DNA of 64,000 nt, taken from NCBI RefSeq assembly GCF_000317125.1, contig NC_019695.1, positions 358,336-422,335 on the forward strand, given 5' to 3'. This document shows, in pieces, positions 1-9,141 of the stretch. How positions within the stretch are numbered: position 1 is the first letter of the stretch; each line of letters starts with the position of its first letter. The notes beneath the pieces are model-generated. The model saw nothing but the letters and a program-made list of their open reading frames with translations, was not told the origin of the DNA and searched no databases. The DNA is from Chroococcidiopsis thermalis PCC 7203 (GTDB lineage Bacteria; Cyanobacteriota; Cyanobacteriia; Cyanobacteriales; Chroococcidiopsidaceae). The position numbers and the translations under genes were made by a program.

Positions 1-1172
1 GCGATCGCCCCACCAATGGCTCCTACAGAAGGGATAACGCTTTGCTCTGGGGGAAGGAGCAATCCTGATAGACTTTCTGCCCCAGCTATACCACCGAAGT
101 ACATTCCTACGCCAATTCCAGCTTGATGCGGTGCTACTAACATCAGGACAAAAGGAATTGCACCATTCAGTACAAGATTAAAAGCAACTAGTAACCCGAG
201 GATGGCAAGAATCAAAGTCAACCAACTGGGAATAAATACTGCAATTTGTAACAAGATAGCAGTTGCGATCGCACCTATACATATAGCACGTCGATTATCT
301 AGCCGCAGCGTCCAATCAGCAGTTGGCGGAGCTGCAAGTGCCAGCATAATCCCCACTCCTACCATCAACCAGTCCACGTTATTAATTTCTAGTCGTAGCA
401 TCAGCATTTTGGACAAAGTAACTGTCAAAAACTGCGTTCCCCAAGCGATCGCCATCCCACTTAAAAAAATTAAACTTAAAGCGATTTTGAGTGGTGGATT
501 GTCTGTGCTTTTGTGTTCTATTGCTGCTCTAACGGTTAAATTTGCCCTTGCCAACGTTTCTGGCAAATTGACATATCTTAAAATAGCTGCCGCACCTAGC
601 AATGAAAACGAACCAATCGCAAAAGCAAAAATAGTATCTAAATTTAACACTAAATTGTGAGCAACTGGTCTAAAAGCTGTCAATAATCCGGCTACGAGAA
701 CTAACAAACTATTAGCTAGCACTAATCCCTCTGGAGGGGCATAATTTCTTAGTAAAGATATTGCTGGGCTGTGAAATATTATCATTGCCAGAGTCCAAGC
801 TACCGATACCACGATTGACACCCAACGAAATTCACCTACACCCTTGCCGAAAACAACCACAGTCGGAATTGCTATAAATAGAGTTGATGCCAAAACGATC
901 CCTGCTGCTATGAGCGGAAAACGGCTACCAAACTGCTGTTTATCGCGATCGGATAAGCCTCCCATCAAAGGTTCTAGTACCACTGCCAATCCATTTCCAA
1001 CCACAAGTAGAGCAGAACTAACAGGGGCGGGAAAGTAAGATTCTTCCAGCAATTTAGGCAAATACACGCTATAAATCAACCAAGTTAGTGCGATCGCCCC
1101 TTGCAATCCTGCCAATCCCCATACTTGCAACCACAATACTGGTACGGATAGATCTTCCTCCTGTTTTTCCAT
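1..1172 (-). CDS. Multi-pass membrane transporter (MFS-like), 5' portion; the gene continues past the window start
   Basis: The reverse-complement reading frame is open from the ATG at 1172 (MEKQEEDLSVPVLWLQVWGLAGLQGAIALTW...) to position 1. The translation is hydrophobic and helix-rich with a GxxxDRxxxR-like loop (MGGLSDRDKQQFGSR). The frame is absent from the ORF track because it is truncated by the window edge. The plus-strand ORFs 202-660 and 844-1038 lie inside it and look spurious. Confidence 0.55.
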   Translation of the reverse strand, partial: MEKQEEDLSVPVLWLQVWGLAGLQGAIALTWLIYSVYLPKLLEESYFPAPVSSALLVVGNGLAVVLEPLMGGLSDRDKQQFGSRFPLIAAGIVLASTLFIAIPTVVVFGKGVGEFRWVSIVVSVAWTLAMIIFHSPAISLLRNYAPPEGLVLANSLLVLVAGLLTAFRPVAHNLVLNLDTIFAFAIGSFSLLGAAAILRYVNLPETLARANLTVRAAIEHKSTDNPPLKIALSLIFLSGMAIAWGTQFLTVTLSKMLMLRLEINNVDWLMVGVGIMLALAAPPTADWTLRLDNRRAICIGAIATAILLQIAVFIPSWLTLILAILGLLVAFNLVLNGAIPFVLMLVAPHQAGIGVGMYFGGIAGAESLSGLLLPPEQSVIPSVGAIGGAI

Positions 1173-1600
1173 GCTCTATATCCTTTGTGTCTCAGTCGTT
1201 AGATAAAATTCAAGAACCTAAAATTTAACAACCTGCAATATTTAAAGACACAAACTCACCAAAGCTTTTTCCGGCTAGATGCACTATTTTATGTAAAAAA
1301 TTTGGCAACGCTCAAGGTTTTGATGCTCAATTGTTAAAGTCGATCTATCAACGAGGCTATTTCTATTGTGGGCGATCGCGATTTTATTCTTTAGCTGTAC
1401 CGTCATCCCTCTTTTCTCCCGTGGCTATAAAAAGTATTTCATTTAATGAATGAGTTAAATATTTTTCCAAAAAATAACTTTTCAGAAAACTAAAAAGTAA
1501 TCAATCGACTCATATTACTCAAATTATTGAGCCAAAAATTGAAATTATTATGATTTACTTTAAATCCAATCGTCCGTTTATATCTCAGAATATAAAACTC

Positions 1601-1649
1601 ACCAATTACCAACTACCAATTACCAACTACCAATTACCAACTACCAACT
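1601..1649. repeat. STRR-like heptamer tandem repeat (CCAACTA/CCAATTA)n, about 7 copies
   Basis: Directly visible tandem heptamers in the intergenic region upstream of the PTPS gene. The same family recurs at 4590, 16441, 20460, 20975, 23455 and 25573. Confidence 0.9.
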
Positions 1650-1731
1650 CATTGCTATCGCGGTAGCAATTGGTCTATTCTAGTAAAAGTGTTAAGTTTA
1701 CGAAATTTTACATACTGCTCCCTGTGCGCTC

Positions 1732-2598
1732 ATGCAATGTATAGTTAACCGCCGCGCTCAATTTTCCGCCAGCCATCGCTATTGGTTGCCAGAGCTGAGC
1801 GAAACAGAGAACCAGCAACAATTTGGCTTATGTTCCCGCTTTCCAGGTCACGGACACAACTACGTCTTATTTGTTTCTCTTCTCGGAGAGTTAGATGAAT
1901 ATGGCATGGTTTTAAACCTGTCTGATGTCAAGCACGTAATTAAGCGAGAAGTGACTAGCCAGCTAGATTTTTCCTATCTCAATGACGTTTGGCAAGAATT
2001 TCAGCAAACATTGCCAACAACGGAAAATATCGCCCGCGTCATCTGGCAAAAGCTTGCCTCACACTTACCGATAGTCAAAATTCAGTTATTTGAACATCCT
2101 CAACTTTGGGCAGAATATCAAGGAAATGGCATGGAAGCATACTTAACTATTAGCACTCATTTTAGCGCCGCTCATCGGTTAGCTCATCCCGATCTCAACC
2201 AACAAGAGAATACAGAAATTTACGGAAAATGCGCTCGTCCAAACGGTCACGGTCACAATTACCACTTAGAAGTGACTGTAAAGGGGGAAATTCACCCTCG
2301 TACGGGCATGATTGTAGATTTGAGTGCATTGAACCAAGCGATCGAAGACTTGGTTATTGAACCACTCGACCATACTTTTCTCAACAAAGATATTGCCTAC
2401 TTTGCCAAAGTCGTGCCTACGGCAGAAAATATCGCCGTATATATCTCAAATGTGCTGCAACAGCCAGTGCGAGAGTTAGGCGCAGAACTACACAAGGTCA
2501 AGTTGATTGAAAGTCCAAATAATTCTTGCGAAGTCTACTGTACTCCAGCTGATTCAATCAAGAGCGCAACTAGAGAACCAGCGTTAGCCCAAGTTTAA
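1732..2598 (+). CDS. 6-pyruvoyl-tetrahydropterin synthase family protein (PTPS/QueD-like), tandem two-domain form
   Basis: Two repeated PTPS domains, each with the motif FSA(S/A)HR...C(S/A)R(F/P)(P/N)GHGHNY. The N-terminus MQCIVNRRAQFSASHRYW is typical of the family. Confidence 0.85.
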   Translation: MQCIVNRRAQFSASHRYWLPELSETENQQQFGLCSRFPGHGHNYVLFVSLLGELDEYGMVLNLSDVKHVIKREVTSQLDFSYLNDVWQEFQQTLPTTENIARVIWQKLASHLPIVKIQLFEHPQLWAEYQGNGMEAYLTISTHFSAAHRLAHPDLNQQENTEIYGKCARPNGHGHNYHLEVTVKGEIHPRTGMIVDLSALNQAIEDLVIEPLDHTFLNKDIAYFAKVVPTAENIAVYISNVLQQPVRELGAELHKVKLIESPNNSCEVYCTPADSIKSATREPALAQV

Positions 2599-2687
2599 GT
2601 CGTAGAAGTAGAAATGGTAGCGATCGCGCTCGATCTAAATCAAAGCATCTCGATCGCTATCTATCTTGACAATCGCTTGCTAACCGT

Positions 2688-3497
2688 TTACTGCTTCCAA
2701 GCTTGTGGTTGCTGAAAGGCATAGATGTCTGCAATGACTCGAACCCAACCATCAGCGACCGAGGCAAGGATGCGATCGCCTTTTTCTTTTGTCGCTACGG
2801 TCGGATCGCCTAAAATTCCTGTCTGCGTCAGATCGCGGGTTGCCCAAGCAAAAGGTAATTTCCCTTCCATTGAAAGCAGACTATCTTCAGGTAAGCCGTG
2901 AGGGTATTCTGTCACAGCCGCTTCCATTTTGACTTGTTCTGGTAAAATCGACAGCATCACACTAGTTTCAGCATCACCGGCATGAATCCCAAACTCTTTC
3001 TCGCGATCGGAAAGTAACTCTCCGGCAATGTGGGGAACCCGCCAAGTAAAGAGGGGAAATACGAGAAAATCTGCATATTTGACGTGCAAATCCCGTGCGG
3101 CAATTTCCATAATTTGGGGTTGTCCGCCGTGAGAATTCATCAACACGAATTTGCGAAATCCGGCACGGTAAATACTTTCAGCAACTTCAATTAAAGTCGC
3201 AAGTAAAGTTGACGCACTTAGGGTAATCGTGCCAGGAAAATGCCAATGTTCGTTCGATTTACCGTAGTACAAGGGTGGTAGGGCATAAGCGGGAATGCGA
3301 TCGCTTAATTGAGACAATGCCTTGCCTAAAACTGCCATACCAATTGCAGCGTCCACAATTAACGGTAAATGGGGTCCGTGTTGTTCGATCGCCCCTACAG
3401 GTTGAATGATGACGACATTTTCTTTATCCGGCATCTTTTGAATGTCAGCCCAAGAAAGATAGGGAAAAAATCGATTCGGGGAAATGTAGCCGTGCAT
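2688..3497 (-). CDS. Creatininase-family amidohydrolase
   Basis: 269 aa with the motifs GPHLP, NSHGGQ and HAGDAETS, characteristic of the creatinine amidohydrolase family. Confidence 0.75.
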   Translation of the reverse strand: MHGYISPNRFFPYLSWADIQKMPDKENVVIIQPVGAIEQHGPHLPLIVDAAIGMAVLGKALSQLSDRIPAYALPPLYYGKSNEHWHFPGTITLSASTLLATLIEVAESIYRAGFRKFVLMNSHGGQPQIMEIAARDLHVKYADFLVFPLFTWRVPHIAGELLSDREKEFGIHAGDAETSVMLSILPEQVKMEAAVTEYPHGLPEDSLLSMEGKLPFAWATRDLTQTGILGDPTVATKEKGDRILASVADGWVRVIADIYAFQQPQAWKQ

Positions 3498-3498
3498 C

Positions 3499-3553
3499 AG
3501 TTATCAGTGAAGAAAGGGTGTTGGGAGAATTCGGAATTCGGAATTCGGAATTC
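3499..3553. repeat. STRR-like repeats: (TCAGTTA)2 followed by (GGAATTC)4
   Basis: Visible tandem heptamers. The GGAATTC array recurs at 47757-47790. Confidence 0.8.
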
Positions 3554-3591
3554 ATGCGTGAATGGGTGAATGCGTGAATTGTCTTGCTCCC

Positions 3592-4587
3592 TCAGCTCTC
3601 TTCCCCCTGCTCTCTGCTCCCAGCTCGTCCCTGCTCCCTCATCAGTACATCTTCTGCTAAAGCGACTGCACCCCAAAGTGGCGCTTTATCTCCCAAGGCG
3701 GCGGGGACGATCTCGAAGTGGACTTCGGGTAATGCTGTGGCTCGCGCTATGTGGTGGATAGCATTCCAAAAGCGATCGCCTGCTTTGGTGACGCTACCAC
3801 CTAAAATAAACCGTTGGGGATTGATGAGGTTGGCGACGTTGCCAATCGCTACTCCCAAAGCCCAACCAGCTGTTTCTAATGCCTCGATCGCAATTTTATC
3901 TCCTTGGGTAGCGGCTTGACTGACCATCAGTCCCGTTATCTCATCTAGGTTATCGTGACAAAGCGATCGCAACAGCTTCCCTTTATCTGGATGTAAATTT
4001 AACCGATCCTTGGTCTGTTGGGCGATGTAGGGACCAGAAGCCAGTCGTTCTAAGCATCCACGCTTACCGCACAAACAAACAGGACCAGTCGGATCGACGA
4101 CTACATGTCCGATCTCCCCTGCCATTCCTTCTATTCCCCGCCAAGGGCGATCGTTGAGAATCCAGCCTCCACCTACACCCGTGCTGACAGTAATATAAAG
4201 CAAACTGTTATAACCCATCCCCGCACCATAGCGATGTTCGCCCAATGCCGCGACATTCGCATCGTTGTCCACACTGGCAGGAGCGCCAAATTCTCGCTCT
4301 AGGATCTCCTGTAAAGGCATATTTTCCCACCCGCTGACGTGGTGCGACAGTCTGACTTTACCGCTTGTAGCATCCACAGGTCCACCAAAGCTGACACCGA
4401 TCGCCCTTGGTTCTCTACCTGCTAACAGTTCCCGTGCCAGACTCAACATTATCTCTAGATCGGATTGAGCATGAGGATTTGGCGGTGAAAAAACCCTTTT
4501 GTCACTCAACTGGTGTTTTTCTCCTGAAGCTACCACCGCCGCCGCGTGTTTAGTTCCACCAAAATCTAGCGCCAGAATTAGATTCAT
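3592..4587 (-). CDS. ROK family sugar kinase/regulator
   Basis: N-terminal LDFGGTK ATP-binding motif and the ROK zinc signature CLCGKRGCLE. The C-terminal tail (REQGRAGSREQGEES) is a translation of the repeat DNA, so the true stop may be slightly upstream. Confidence 0.8.
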   Translation of the reverse strand: MNLILALDFGGTKHAAAVVASGEKHQLSDKRVFSPPNPHAQSDLEIMLSLARELLAGREPRAIGVSFGGPVDATSGKVRLSHHVSGWENMPLQEILEREFGAPASVDNDANVAALGEHRYGAGMGYNSLLYITVSTGVGGGWILNDRPWRGIEGMAGEIGHVVVDPTGPVCLCGKRGCLERLASGPYIAQQTKDRLNLHPDKGKLLRSLCHDNLDEITGLMVSQAATQGDKIAIEALETAGWALGVAIGNVANLINPQRFILGGSVTKAGDRFWNAIHHIARATALPEVHFEIVPAALGDKAPLWGAVALAEDVLMREQGRAGSREQGEES

Positions 4588-4589
4588 TG

Positions 4590-4680
4590 AGTGGTAATTG
4601 GTAATTGGTAGTTGGTGAATTCTTCTCTGTCCCTCTGCTCCCTTGTCCCCCTTGTCTCCCTTGTCTCCCTTGTCCTCCCT
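4590..4680. repeat. STRR-like repeats: (GGTAATT/GGTAGTT)n then (CCCTTGT)n
   Basis: Visible tandem heptamers between the ROK and hisZ genes. The CCCTTGT family recurs at 7880, 8395, 39930 and 53530. Confidence 0.85.
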
Positions 4681-5956
4681 ACTCCTTGCTCCCAGCTCGT
4701 CCCTGCTCCCTCTTCAGCGTTTCAATCTCAGCGGAACCGTCATCTTTGAGCCAAGCAATTTGTTGGATGCGGCGCTGGCGGGCGTAGGTGCGGATTTCCT
4801 CTGGTTGGCGATCGCCTAAGTCCATTTCGACTCGCAACCCAGGAGTACAGCGTAACTTTTCTGCATAGGCAAAAGCAGCCGCGTAAGCTGCTGGCGATCG
4901 AGCGACAACGAGCCAATCACTAGCGGGTGTGGCTTGCGGTAAGCGATCGGCAGACAGTAAGGCTTGTTGTAAATCTTCCGTGTTGAGGACAAAGCCAACC
5001 CCCGGAATTGTTTTACCTTGGGGATGATACAGTCCTAAAAGTTGGTCGTAACGACCTCCTTGCCCTAAAATTTGCGGTTGAGCTGTTAGATTGTCGATCG
5101 CTGCATTGCCGATGACTTCAAACACGATCCCCGTGTAATAGTCAAAGGTGCGAATCATGCTCAAATCTAGAATGATTGGAAAGTTTTGCGAGTTTTGGTT
5201 TGAGTCTACACTAAAGCATCGATCCAAAATCTCAACTAGCGATTTGAGTCGGTGTAAAGCTGCTTGTTGTGGTGCGTCTAAACTTAATTTTGTGACTTTT
5301 TGCAATACATCTGCGGGATGTCCGCGCAAATCGAGCATCACTAAAGCTCTAGCTCGTAGATCTTCGCTTAAAGGTAGAGTTTCGAGCGTGACGCGATCGA
5401 GGTGAGCGATCGCCTGTCGAACGCGATCGCGCCCAGATGCGGGGAAAGAAGCTAATAATGATTGGGTAATTTCCGCTTCGCCCAGAATCAGCTGCCAGTT
5501 GTGTAAACCCAATTCATTCAAGCACTCAGCCAGCAGTAATAACACCTCAGCATCAGCCAGCAATCCTTCGCTACCCAGCAACTCCACCCCAGTTTGATAA
5601 AACTCCAACTGGCGGTTGTGACTGCTATCGGGCGTGCGACAAAAGACGTTAGCGTTGTAGTAGAGGCGTTGCGGAAAGGTCGCTCCTGCCATCCGAGTTA
5701 CAGCAGTGCGAGCGATCGAGGCTGTCAATTCTGGACGCAACCCCAATTCTTCCTCGCGATCCTGAACTTGGATCACCGTCGATCGCTGAATTGCTCCTCC
5801 AGCCATCAGCGTATCTAACCGTTCGAGAGTTGAAGTAATGATGCGGTGATAGCCCCAACGATGAAATACCTGCTGCAACCGTTCTTCGACCCAGTGTTTC
5901 TGAGCCACATCTAAGGGTAATAAATCTCTTGCTCCCGCAGGTGATTGGTAGACCAT
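4679..5956 (-). CDS. hisZ: ATP phosphoribosyltransferase regulatory subunit HisZ (HisRS paralog)
   Basis: Class II aaRS-like core with MVYQSPAGARDLLP, ITSTLERLD, LRPELTASIAR and GGRYD. The ITxTLExLD and LRPxxTxxIAR forms fit HisZ better than HisS. The start is placed at the internal Met (MVYQSP) so the gene abuts the upstream stop at 5967. Confidence 0.65.
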   Translation of the reverse strand: MVYQSPAGARDLLPLDVAQKHWVEERLQQVFHRWGYHRIITSTLERLDTLMAGGAIQRSTVIQVQDREEELGLRPELTASIARTAVTRMAGATFPQRLYYNANVFCRTPDSSHNRQLEFYQTGVELLGSEGLLADAEVLLLLAECLNELGLHNWQLILGEAEITQSLLASFPASGRDRVRQAIAHLDRVTLETLPLSEDLRARALVMLDLRGHPADVLQKVTKLSLDAPQQAALHRLKSLVEILDRCFSVDSNQNSQNFPIILDLSMIRTFDYYTGIVFEVIGNAAIDNLTAQPQILGQGGRYDQLLGLYHPQGKTIPGVGFVLNTEDLQQALLSADRLPQATPASDWLVVARSPAAYAAAFAYAEKLRCTPGLRVEMDLGDRQPEEIRTYARQRRIQQIAWLKDDGSAEIETLKREQGRAGSKE

Positions 5957-5966
5957 TGATTTTTGT

Positions 5967-6941
5967 TTATTTTTTCTTGCCTCCAAATAGACCGCCAAAC
6001 ATTCCCCCACTTCCAGATGGCTCTGATGGTTTTTTCGACGCAGTTTTAGATGCAGTTTTATCAGAAGTGGCTGTTTGAGTGCCAGCTTTACTCGCTAGCC
6101 GATCTAACAGTTGTTTTCCTTCTAGGGCGATCGGATCTTTAGGGTCTAATTGTAGGGCTTTGTTAATATGTACCTTAGCCATAGTAGCCTGATTCTGCTT
6201 CAAATAAACCGTGCCAATTAAGCTATGACAGCGACTATTATTTGGCTCTAGCTTCAGCGCATCTTTCAGCTCTACACTCGCTGGGGCGAAGAGATTCTTT
6301 TCCATTAAAGACTGGGCGCGACGAAGATAGGGTTCAGCTGGCGATGGAGGTGACTCTGGCTCAGTTGGGGGAGGCGAAGATGCTGCCGGTCGAGAATGTT
6401 GGTTGGGAACCACAGATGGCACAGTCGTTCTAGCAACCATAAATCCAGTACCACCTTTACGCCCTAAGTAGACTAGGTTTAATTCGCTGATTTGACTAAT
6501 TATAGGGATAATTCTTTCGAGAGATTCATACTGTTGTTTTGTCACTTCAGCGATCGCTTTTTGATAGACTTGGTCGATATCTGTGCTGTGTTGAAGCTGG
6601 ATCGATAGTTCGTTTTTGAGCGAAATGCTGGTTGTTTCCTGAGCTAACCGCTTGCCCATCTCCCGCAGCATCACCATGTATTCAACACGACTGTAATCCT
6701 GGGATAATTTTTTATAAGCGGGATTGACAAGCTTAGACAGAATATGATTTGCCGCTTGTTTATCTGAAATACTTTTAGCCGTGCAAGTATCGGGATGTAA
6801 GCAGCGAGCAATAATCAAATAGCGTTTGCGAATTTCTTTAAAGTCGGCATCAATTGGAACGCCCAAAATTGCATGGCAATCTGTGAAGTCAAATAAAAAT
6901 AATCCGCCATCAATCTTAAAAGACATATGTTTTTGTCTCAC
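5967..6941 (-). CDS. J-domain (DnaJ-like) protein with TPR repeats
   Basis: J-domain with an HPD motif (AILGVPIDADFKEIRKRYLIIARCLHPD), a Pro-rich linker and C-terminal TPR-like repeats. Confidence 0.8.
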   Translation of the reverse strand: MRQKHMSFKIDGGLFLFDFTDCHAILGVPIDADFKEIRKRYLIIARCLHPDTCTAKSISDKQAANHILSKLVNPAYKKLSQDYSRVEYMVMLREMGKRLAQETTSISLKNELSIQLQHSTDIDQVYQKAIAEVTKQQYESLERIIPIISQISELNLVYLGRKGGTGFMVARTTVPSVVPNQHSRPAASSPPPTEPESPPSPAEPYLRRAQSLMEKNLFAPASVELKDALKLEPNNSRCHSLIGTVYLKQNQATMAKVHINKALQLDPKDPIALEGKQLLDRLASKAGTQTATSDKTASKTASKKPSEPSGSGGMFGGLFGGKKK

Positions 6942-7023
6942 CTCTGCCTATTGCACGATCGCTGGAATGTGGTATTAGCGTGGTTTAATTATCACCACCA
7001 ATCTAATAATTCCCAGATTGTGG

Positions 7024-7854
7024 CTAGGGATTATAATGACTCCAAGTTGAGAGTGGTGGCACTTGAAGTAATTCTTGGCTGAGACTTGAATGAATTAGTC
7101 CATTCGTGGCTAAAATCCTGCCAGTTGCTAGGTCGATTGGGCTACCATCATAGGCACTGACTTGACCCCCTGCTGCTTTGAGAATGGCAATTCCAGCAGC
7201 AATATCCCACAGAGAAATTCCCCGTTCCCAGTAGCCATCGATGCGCCCGCTGGCAACATAAGCTAAGTCTAAAGCTGCTGCGCCGCTGCGCCTGACTCCT
7301 TGAGTCAGATGAGTCAAATGACAGAATTCGGCATAGTTATTATCAGCTGTTTCGCGGCGATCGTAGGCGAAACCAGTTACCAGAAGACACTTACTCAGTT
7401 CGGCTGTGGTTGAAACGCTTATAGGTTTGCGGTTACAGGTCGCGATCGCCCCTTTTGCCCCTCGGAACAATTCATCACGATAAGGATCGAAAATGACTCC
7501 AACCTGTGGAACTCCAGCTATTAATAACCCAATTGACACGGCGAAACAAGGATATTGATGCGCGAAATTTGTCGTTCCATCTAAAGGATCGATCGCCCAA
7601 CAAAATTCGCTGTCTGCATTCCCCAGCTTGCCCGATTCTTCCGCTAGAATGGCATGATCGGGAAAATGCCGCTGTAAGACTTCTAAAACTACCACTTCCG
7701 ATGCTCGATCGGCAGCAGTTACTAAATCTCCACCCCGTCCTTTTTCTCTAACTTCTTCTAGCTTACCTAAATAGCTCAGCAAAACCGCACCCGCAGCTAA
7801 GGCGGCTTCTGTAGCAACATCTAAGAATGTTTGGAGTTGTCGATCGTTTGTCAT
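7024..7854 (-). CDS. Inositol monophosphatase family protein
   Basis: IMPase motifs DPLDGTTNF and WDIAAG. Confidence 0.85.
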   Translation of the reverse strand: MTNDRQLQTFLDVATEAALAAGAVLLSYLGKLEEVREKGRGGDLVTAADRASEVVVLEVLQRHFPDHAILAEESGKLGNADSEFCWAIDPLDGTTNFAHQYPCFAVSIGLLIAGVPQVGVIFDPYRDELFRGAKGAIATCNRKPISVSTTAELSKCLLVTGFAYDRRETADNNYAEFCHLTHLTQGVRRSGAAALDLAYVASGRIDGYWERGISLWDIAAGIAILKAAGGQVSAYDGSPIDLATGRILATNGLIHSSLSQELLQVPPLSTWSHYNP

Positions 7855-7905
7855 TTGTCATTTGTCATTTGTCAATATTCTCCCTTGTCCCCCTTGTCTT
7901 CCTTA
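7848..7905. repeat. STRR2-like (TTTGTCA)4 followed by CCCTTGT repeats
   Basis: Visible catttgtcatttgtcatttgtcaa then cccttgtcccccttgtcttcc. Confidence 0.85.
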
Positions 7906-8438
7906 TCCCTCTTCTCCCCGACTCCCGCCATTTGCCGAAATTCAGTCGGGGTTTGCCGCATTGGTTGTTTCACATCCCACACGCCACGCCCCATGATTCT
8001 TGCCCAGGCTTGTGCTTTTTCCAAGCGATCGTCATACTTACGATCGCGCGATCGCCCATCCCACAAAACATATCCCTCTTTCAGTAGTTGCTCGTTCAAC
8101 AATTTGCCATTTTGCCACACATAAGCCCACTGTCGCCCAAATTTATCTGGCTGTCCGTCAAGTTCTAAGGTAACTGTCTTGCCGTTGACCGTTGCTTCTA
8201 GCTGCTGTTTAGCTGCGTGTCCCCAAGGCTGTTGCTGGATATCTGGGGCTTCAATTCCCGCAAGTCTCACTTTGAAAGCCTCCCCTCTACTTATGGCTTC
8301 TAGAGTTTGTCCGCTGACTACACGCACAACCTGCGCTGGCATTCCGTTATCGATCGCACGAAACTGACAACCCTGAATAAACAAGAGTGGGAGAAAGACA
8401 AGGGAGACAAGGAAGACACGGGAGAAACTACTACTCAC
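7872..8438 (-). CDS. Thermonuclease (staphylococcal nuclease-like) lipoprotein
   Basis: Signal peptide with a lipobox-like FIQGC, then an SNase-like core (VVRVVSGQTL...GIEAPD...WAYVW). The signal-peptide codons are themselves built from CCCTTGT repeat DNA. Confidence 0.7.
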   Translation of the reverse strand: MSSSFSRVFLVSLVFLPLLFIQGCQFRAIDNGMPAQVVRVVSGQTLEAISRGEAFKVRLAGIEAPDIQQQPWGHAAKQQLEATVNGKTVTLELDGQPDKFGRQWAYVWQNGKLLNEQLLKEGYVLWDGRSRDRKYDDRLEKAQAWARIMGRGVWDVKQPMRQTPTEFRQMAGVGEKRDKEDKGDKGEY

Positions 8439-8462
8439 TAACTGATAACTGATAACTGATGA
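8436..8462. repeat. STRR-like (ACTGATA)3
   Basis: Visible tandem heptamers. Confidence 0.8.
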
Positions 8463-8825
8463 CTATTCCTCATCCAAAGGTAATCCCGACCTAACTCTAC
8501 CTTTGGCAAAATAACGCCCAAATTGCAGTTCATAAACTTCATCTTCGTCTTGGGTTTCTACTTCCATGTCAGAACGAGCATAACTAACACATAACAGAGC
8601 ATAACCGCGATCGCGTAATTCTGGTGAGAGTCCCATTGCCTCTGGCTGATACACTTCTCCCGATAACACTCTAACAGCGCAAGTCGTACAAGCACCATTA
8701 CGGCAAGAAAATGGTAATTCTACCCCTTGTTGTTCTGCCGATCGCAAAATGTATTGGTCTGCGGGGACTTCGACAGTATGAATTGTACCGTTGGCGCGAT
8801 CGTGTATCCGAATTGTATGTGTCAT
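8463..8825 (-). CDS. Plant-type [2Fe-2S] ferredoxin
   Basis: Cys pattern CRNGACTTCAV...LLCVSY, typical of plant-type ferredoxins. Start taken at the MTHTIRIHD Met. Confidence 0.8.
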   Translation of the reverse strand: MTHTIRIHDRANGTIHTVEVPADQYILRSAEQQGVELPFSCRNGACTTCAVRVLSGEVYQPEAMGLSPELRDRGYALLCVSYARSDMEVETQDEDEVYELQFGRYFAKGRVRSGLPLDEE

Positions 8826-8954
8826 AAGCAATTTTGAATTTTAGATTTTGGAGCCACTGCCTTGCGGAGGTTTCATCCGTTAGAGCAAGTGACACGATTT
8901 TAGATTGGTTTGAAAATATTCTTTTCTATTGTATGATGGGAGATCGCGACACCT

Positions 8955-9041
8955 GGAGAGGTGGCCGAGTGGTTGAAGGCGCAGCACTGGAAATGCTGTT
9001 TGGGGGCAACTTCAACGTGGGTTCGAATCCCACCCTCTCCG
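8955..9041 (+). tRNA. tRNA-Ser (anticodon GGA), class II with a long variable arm
   Basis: Hand-folded: acceptor GGAGAGG/CCTCTCC, D-arm with GG, anticodon stem CAGCA/TGCTG with loop CTGGAAA, long variable arm, T-arm GGGTTCGAATCCC. Confidence 0.85.
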
Positions 9042-9063
9042 TTGAAATTTCATACGTCGATTA

Positions 9064-9096
9064 AAAGTAGGGGCGCATATTTGTGCGCCCCTACTA
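9064..9096. terminator. Bidirectional rho-independent terminator hairpin
   Basis: Perfect inverted repeat GTAGGGGCGCA-N-TGCGCCCCTAC followed by a T-rich tract. It lies between tRNA-Ser (+) and the convergent minus-strand gene. Confidence 0.7.
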
Positions 9097-9141
9097 AATT
9101 TACGTTCCACTAAAATTAATCTGTGGTCTTACCGCATCAGC

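Noticed and set aside
202-1038. Plus-strand ORFs 202-660 (152 aa) and 844-1038 (64 aa)
   Set aside because: Both lie inside a long edge-truncated minus-strand membrane-protein frame that starts at ATG 1172. The plus-strand translations are low-complexity (A/I/S-rich) and look like mirror-frame artefacts.
1601-1649. Heptamer tandem arrays (here and at more than 15 other sites) as possible CRISPR arrays
   Set aside because: The units are 7 bp with no spacers, and no cas genes are present. They are STRR-type microsatellites typical of cyanobacteria, not CRISPR.
3369-3919. Plus-strand ORFs 3369-3569, 3570-3761 and 3584-3919
   Set aside because: They overlap the creatininase and ROK genes on the opposite strand and are translated largely from repeat DNA (P/S/L-rich low complexity).
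5148-5858. ORFs 5148-5405 (+), 5594-5818 (+) and 5649-5858 (-) inside hisZ
   Set aside because: They lie antisense to or nested in the well-supported hisZ frame.
8947-9041. tRNA-Ser considered as a possible tmRNA or a tRNA with an intron because of its 87-nt length
   Set aside because: The extra length is fully accounted for by the class II long variable arm. The anticodon loop CUGGAAA is canonical.
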